DNA of 63,829 nucleotides, the filler included. It is 10 parts of 10 records of this genome, joined end to end, with 100 filler letters (N's around TTAATTAATTAA, not from the genome) between each part and the next. Parts side by side here need not be neighbours in the genome. Positions count along the whole stretch, not along the records: positions 58,505 to 63,829 come from SRR31156797_41381; 9 more parts are not named here. One strand, given 5' to 3'. Within the stretch, counting starts at the first letter, position 1. Each line of letters starts with the position of its first letter. A model generated the notes under the pieces. That model saw nothing but the letters and a program-made list of their open reading frames with translations, was not told the DNA's origin and searched no databases. This document shows, piece after piece, positions 58,973 through 63,829 of this stretch. The translations under genes were made by a program, and so were the position numbers.

Positions 58973-60742
58973 CTAAAATGAGTATGAAATACCTGCGAGC
59001 ATATTAAAGTTTTGCACCGGGTACCCAAACCATTGTTGGTATTTTTGAAATCCAAAATTATTAAGCTGGGCAAATACCGAAAATTTATCGGTAAGCTGGT
59101 AGTTGCCTTTTACGTTGAGGTCGAAAGCTGTTTCAAGGTTATTGCTTTTGTAGGTTCCTGGTGTTGAGCCTGACAGCAGACCGGCCTCTTCGATGATTAA
59201 AGCTTTTCTTTTGCCAATTAGAAAAATATCGGCTGATAGGCTAAGTTGTTCGGTTGCTTTATAGCCTAGCGAAAAATTGGCATCCCAGGCTGGCATATTC
59301 CAAGCTTCCTGCTGTTCATCAAGACTGTAACTGTAGTAATTAACAGATGCAGTTAAGTCAATTTTGTCAGATGTAGCGTGAAAGACCTCAGCATTTAATT
59401 TCAGCCGATTCATGTTATCGTATAAAACATCAAACGTATTATCGACAATTAAAGGTGCCGGATTATAATCCGAATCATAGTAATACGTTTCATTTAAATA
59501 GTAAAAAGGCTGATTGTCGATAATCGCGTATTCGGCCGATATTTTAAAGTTGGTCTTTTTTGAGAGTTTCCCATCAAAACCTCCGTAAAAACGAAACTTT
59601 TGGAATGAATTCAAAACATCGTGTTGGGGATCGACAAACGGATTTTCGTAAGCGATTTTTGAATAGTGGTTACTGATGTAATCTCCGTCAATACCAGCGT
59701 AGAGGCTAATCAGTTCCGTAACTGGTGTCCAGTTTGCACGAATATTTGGCGATATTTTTGCTTCGGTATCTTCGTTAGAAATCATGGCAAACCAGGTGTT
59801 CACTCCAAGTTTGATGTTCGCCTTCTCGTCGCCAATATACCAGGCTGGTTTTGCAAAGATGACCACTTGTGAGCGATTTCCTAAGGCCGAATCTGCCTGC
59901 AAATATATGTCGCTGGCATGGGTGTAAACAATCCCTCCTTCGAGTAACCCAACACCCGAAGTTAATGGATGTTGCAAGTTGAGCGTAAAATTGGCATAAT
60001 GTTCTCGTTGGTTGGTTTTTGCGCCAAAAAAATGATAGGTGAAATCAAAACCATAAGTGGCGTCATCTATTTCAGCTGTTGGGTTCTTTAGTCCAATATT
60101 AAACCTTCCTTTACTAAAGGCTTGTTTGGTATTGAAATAGTTAATGTCCTGGTTGTCTTCTAGGAGCAGTTCCGGAACCGCAGTAAGTGGGTAACCATAA
60201 TAGTTAAAGCCGTCATGCTTAAAGTCCAGGTTGACGGACAATACGTTGTCCTGGAACATATGCTTTACGAATAACTCAATTTCGTTTTTCATAAATGGGG
60301 CGTCTACTTTGTCTCCTCCTTCAAGTTTTATATTATCGAATGAAGAAAGGTGCATGGCATGAATGCCAAATATCGATCTTTTTGAATTTACGTTGTTAAA
60401 AAACACCTCACCGTACGGACGGAAAGTTGATCCGAGCCCGACACGTACCAATCCATAGCCATTGTCAATGGTTTGTGGAGTTTCAATAATTGCTGCTTTA
60501 AGCGGATTAACCGAAAAGGTACTAAAAACAGGTTGGCTGTTTATGCTGTAATTAAAGGTTGGCTTTTGGTGTTCGGTTTCTTCGATGGTAGGCATACTGT
60601 TTAGCTTATTGGCATCCGATATTGTGGGAGTATAAGCTTTGGTTACTTCAACTTCCTGGGTGAGAGAATCTCGTTTGGTCTGAGCCACAACCACAGTGCT
60701 TAAAAATAACAGGAGGAAAATATATTGGATTGATTTTAACAT
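58973..60742 (-). CDS. TonB-dependent-receptor-like outer-membrane protein
   Basis: Signal peptide; VEVTKAYTPTISDANK; C-terminal GISYSF; follows the TPR gene. Confidence 0.75.
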   Translation of the reverse strand: MLKSIQYIFLLLFLSTVVVAQTKRDSLTQEVEVTKAYTPTISDANKLNSMPTIEETEHQKPTFNYSINSQPVFSTFSVNPLKAAIIETPQTIDNGYGLVRVGLGSTFRPYGEVFFNNVNSKRSIFGIHAMHLSSFDNIKLEGGDKVDAPFMKNEIELFVKHMFQDNVLSVNLDFKHDGFNYYGYPLTAVPELLLEDNQDINYFNTKQAFSKGRFNIGLKNPTAEIDDATYGFDFTYHFFGAKTNQREHYANFTLNLQHPLTSGVGLLEGGIVYTHASDIYLQADSALGNRSQVVIFAKPAWYIGDEKANIKLGVNTWFAMISNEDTEAKISPNIRANWTPVTELISLYAGIDGDYISNHYSKIAYENPFVDPQHDVLNSFQKFRFYGGFDGKLSKKTNFKISAEYAIIDNQPFYYLNETYYYDSDYNPAPLIVDNTFDVLYDNMNRLKLNAEVFHATSDKIDLTASVNYYSYSLDEQQEAWNMPAWDANFSLGYKATEQLSLSADIFLIGKRKALIIEEAGLLSGSTPGTYKSNNLETAFDLNVKGNYQLTDKFSVFAQLNNFGFQKYQQWFGYPVQNFNMLAGISYSF

Positions 60743-60753
60743 GATCTGCTTTT

Positions 60754-63700
60754 TTAGTTTTGTTTAATTTCCATTTGAAACGAACTGTCGACCGCGTTTT
60801 GTTGTTCTTGCACTTCATTTGCCAGTATGGCATTAAGTCGGCGTTGTGCTTCTGCTTTTACTCCATCGTTGTCGTCGTTGTAATTTTCAGCTAAACTTTT
60901 TAAAGTATGCTTTGCCTGAAACTGGTCGCCGTTATCTTCGTAAATACTTGCCAACAGCAAAAACGCTTTGCCCAGCCAATAGGTATAAGGTGTTCCTTTA
61001 TCGATAAAATCAATGATTTCTTCTTCTGCCTTAACCTTGTTGTTTTCGCGGTAATAAATCTCAGAAAGCAGGTATTTGGCTTCAGCACCTTGTTCCAGCT
61101 TGGTGTCTTTGGCTACATCGCGTAACGGGCTAATGGCTGAACTTAAATTACCCAACTCGAAGTTTGATTTTCCAATGGCATAATCAGTTTCTTTTTTTAG
61201 CGCTTTGTTGGCAACATCCGAATCAGCCACTTTTTCAGCTGCTGTAATTACCTGGTGGTAGTCTTTATTAATCAGGAGACAACGCATTTGCCCGGTATTA
61301 GCACGAAGGAGGTTCCATTTACCGCTTGCTTTTTCTTCCAGTCGGTTAAACATCAACAATGCCTGGGAATAATCTCCCGCGTTGAACGTCATTTCCGATG
61401 CACGCGACAGGGCCTGTTCTGTAAATAGATTGTCGGGCTGATTGGCTACATTGGTATATTGTTGATTGGCTTGCTCGTATTGTTCTTCTTTATACAGCAT
61501 TTCAGCCAAGTAGAATCTGGCATTTACTTCGTAAGTTCCGCTTGGGAACTGGCTCAGATAGTTCTGCATCTGCTCTTTGGCATTCTCGTTGCCGGCCATG
61601 TACATTCGTTCTGCGGCTGTATATGTTAACTGATCCTGTTCTGAAGCACTAACACTTACATCGCCACCAATCCTTTTTGCATAGGCGAAATAAGCATCTA
61701 CATTGTTGAGTTCTACGTAGCAATTTTTAATACCTAATAATGCCGACCGGGCCTCAGGGCTTCCTTTAAAGTTCTCAGCAACCTCTTTATACTGACGAAG
61801 TGCTTTCCTGAAATCGCCATTGTTATAGTTTACCAGTCCTAACTGAAGCAAGGCTTTCCGGTAATAGTTACTGTGCTGGTGGTTGACAACAATTTGCTGG
61901 TATTGCTGAACTGCCTCGTAATTGTTCCCGATTCGTTCGTTTGCACGTCCCAGTTCGTAAAGGGCATCGGCTTTATAATCCGACTCCGGAAATTCGTTTA
62001 GGAGATTGTTTAGGTTTTGTATTTTATCTTGTTGTTTGCGCTGAAGTCCCTGGCAGAAGGCAATCTGCAATAAGGCGTAATCGGCTTCAAGCATTTTCAT
62101 GCCATAAGCTTTCTCGTAATTATTAATAGCCTGGCTGTAGTTGGTGTGTAGAAAATAGTAATCGCCAATTCGGTTGTAAGCATCGGCAAGTTTTGGTGTA
62201 CGTTTTCCTTGCATATTTTCCACATAGTTTACAAATTGTCGGTATGCTGCTTCCTGGTTGTTTTTCTTTAAATAGGCATATCCAAGGTTATAGGCAGCGT
62301 TTATACTCTCGGCAGAGCTGTTAGAGGTTGTTCCTGAAAACTGATTGTAAGAAGCAATAGAATTATCGTAGTCGCCCAATCGGTACAGAGCTTCAGATTT
62401 CCAATATAAAGCTTTGGATTTTATTTCCTGATTGTAACTTCCGTTTTCAATAGAAAGGTTGAAATATTCGATGGCTTCGTTATAAGACAAGTTATTAAAG
62501 AGCTCTAATCCGCGATAAAATGTAACCCGCTGATAGGCTTTCAGAATATTGGGTGTTTTGTTTTGAATTTTTTCAATCGACTCAATGGCATCATTGTAAT
62601 TTCTGGTTACCATATAAACTTCAACCAGAATTTTGTAAGCTTCTGCATTTTTTGGAGAATTTGGATATTCGGCAATGTAGCGGTCAAAAGCTTTTATCGT
62701 TTCATTAAAAGGCGAGTACGAAAGTTCGTATGTAAGTTTAGCATAGCTAAACAAGGCATCTTCCTTAATGTCAGGATTAAAATCAAATTCTGAGGCGGCG
62801 TTGTAAGCTGTTTTTGCTTTTTCTTTTTCACCCAGTTTTATAAAACAATCGGCCAGGTGATAATAAGCATTTTGGGTCATTTCATCTTCGCCAATGGATG
62901 CCTTTTTTAACAGTAGAGAAGCTTCTTCGTATTTTGCGTAGTGGTAATAACAAAATCCAAGTATATAGTTTTCTTCCCTGGTTTTTGGCCCCGATGCTTT
63001 AAAATATTCCTCAAGGTAGGGAATAGCTTCCTTGTATTGTTGCAAGTGAAAATAGGAGTCTCCAACTATTTTTGAAAGTTCAGTTTTGTGTTCTTCCTTA
63101 ACATCGTTGATAACCGACGTGGTATAACTAACTACTTCACTGTATTTTTTCTGCTTGTAATAAATATGGCTAACATATAAAGGAATAACCTGCGAGTAAG
63201 AAGGATCGTTATTTAAGGCCGTAAATCCTTGCAGGGCAGCATCGTAATCTTCATTTAAATATAAAATATGTGCACAGTAGTACGTTGCAGGCTTGCTGTA
63301 TAAGTTATTTGCGTTTCTTATGGCATTAAACTCATTATAAGCAATTTCAGTATTACCTTGTTCCATGTTGGCAAAACCATTCTGGTATTGAAGCTCAATC
63401 AAATCTTTCTGAGAAAGATCGTTTCTGTTTACCTTGTTGAAAGTTCGGATAGCAGAAGAATATTGTTTTTTTTCAAATTGATTCTTACCCAGATTAAACT
63501 GGGCCATATTGATATACGGACTTTCAGGGTAGGTTTCCACAAAAGAACGAATCAGTTTATACCCCGAACTGTAACCGGCGTGAAGTGCCGAAACTGATTT
63601 GAAATATTCAGCCTCAGAGTACAACTCAGATTTTGGATCAACTTCTTTCTGAATTTTTTCAAATTGGCGGAACGTGGAAATGTATTTTCCTTTGTTGAAT

Positions 63701-63822
63701 AGTTCTTTTGCGATATCAATGTCTTTTTTTACAGCGTCGAAGTAAGCCGTTTGCTGGGCCCAGGAATGCTGAAAAAATAGAACAATGAAGAAAAGGGATA
63801 TTAAAAGTTTAATTGTTTTCAT
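60754..63822 (-). CDS. large periplasmic TPR protein
   Basis: Signal peptide and many TPR repeats (1022 aa). Confidence 0.88.
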   Translation of the reverse strand: MKTIKLLISLFFIVLFFQHSWAQQTAYFDAVKKDIDIAKELFNKGKYISTFRQFEKIQKEVDPKSELYSEAEYFKSVSALHAGYSSGYKLIRSFVETYPESPYINMAQFNLGKNQFEKKQYSSAIRTFNKVNRNDLSQKDLIELQYQNGFANMEQGNTEIAYNEFNAIRNANNLYSKPATYYCAHILYLNEDYDAALQGFTALNNDPSYSQVIPLYVSHIYYKQKKYSEVVSYTTSVINDVKEEHKTELSKIVGDSYFHLQQYKEAIPYLEEYFKASGPKTREENYILGFCYYHYAKYEEASLLLKKASIGEDEMTQNAYYHLADCFIKLGEKEKAKTAYNAASEFDFNPDIKEDALFSYAKLTYELSYSPFNETIKAFDRYIAEYPNSPKNAEAYKILVEVYMVTRNYNDAIESIEKIQNKTPNILKAYQRVTFYRGLELFNNLSYNEAIEYFNLSIENGSYNQEIKSKALYWKSEALYRLGDYDNSIASYNQFSGTTSNSSAESINAAYNLGYAYLKKNNQEAAYRQFVNYVENMQGKRTPKLADAYNRIGDYYFLHTNYSQAINNYEKAYGMKMLEADYALLQIAFCQGLQRKQQDKIQNLNNLLNEFPESDYKADALYELGRANERIGNNYEAVQQYQQIVVNHQHSNYYRKALLQLGLVNYNNGDFRKALRQYKEVAENFKGSPEARSALLGIKNCYVELNNVDAYFAYAKRIGGDVSVSASEQDQLTYTAAERMYMAGNENAKEQMQNYLSQFPSGTYEVNARFYLAEMLYKEEQYEQANQQYTNVANQPDNLFTEQALSRASEMTFNAGDYSQALLMFNRLEEKASGKWNLLRANTGQMRCLLINKDYHQVITAAEKVADSDVANKALKKETDYAIGKSNFELGNLSSAISPLRDVAKDTKLEQGAEAKYLLSEIYYRENNKVKAEEEIIDFIDKGTPYTYWLGKAFLLLASIYEDNGDQFQAKHTLKSLAENYNDDNDGVKAEAQRRLNAILANEVQEQQNAVDSSFQMEIKQN

Positions 63823-63829
63823 GTGGTTA

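Noticed and set aside
58973-63822. TPR plus TonB-like OMP pair as a novel system
   Set aside because: To my knowledge this is a widespread conserved gene pair in Bacteroidota, and nothing unusual was seen here.
1-63829. CRISPR array, rRNA or complete tRNA genes
   Set aside because: No repeat-spacer periodicity or full cloverleaf was seen by eye; only the 28-bp tmRNA-like 3' fragment.

Overview
The window is not one locus. It is ten unrelated contigs of about 5-8 kb joined by nine identical 100-bp artificial linkers (44 N + TTAATTAATTAA + 44 N), so gene neighbourhoods are meaningful only within a contig. Taxonomy below is inferred from gene content and composition, not from searches. A (1-5649; AT-rich, lineage unclear): membrane and secreted proteins, a low-GC HEPN-motif gene, an HMA-AraC regulator followed by a Cys/His-rich secreted peptide, mscS, and many REP-like palindromes. 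B (5750-11464; Desulfobacterota-like): CCG Fe-S oxidoreductase, leuC/leuD-like pair, atypical GAF kinase plus receiver, and a MITE-like element. C (11565-18072; Bacteroidota-like): ribose-type ABC genes, aldo/keto reductase, DUF1593, an OmpR two-component pair and a PepSY-like target. D (18173-26557): exosortase-EpsI-TPR cluster with a non-canonical PEP-CTERM-like neighbour, a lytic transglycosylase and a parA start. E (26658-33687): tex, lipoate ligase, rsmA, tsaD, fbp. F (33788-40582): DASS transporter, radical SAM protein, heme-c hybrid kinase, creD and a deleted diguanylate cyclase remnant. G (40683-46899): DUF429, mutY with an intact Nudix box, ATL, iadA and a peptide ABC ATPase. H (47000-52831): left end of a temperate prophage at a tmRNA 3'-end att site, with integrase, cI, a cI paralogue, cro, BRO, YqaJ and RecT. 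I and J (52932-63829; Bacteroidota-like): outer-membrane and housekeeping genes and the start of gyrB. The most notable signal is in H. A near-consensus promoter would drive a terminator-capped RNA of about 60 nt in front of the integrase, and its first 28 nt are fully complementary (one G-U pair) to the leader between cro and the BRO antirepressor-like gene. This is a candidate RNA-RNA switch linking integrase and antirepressor expression.
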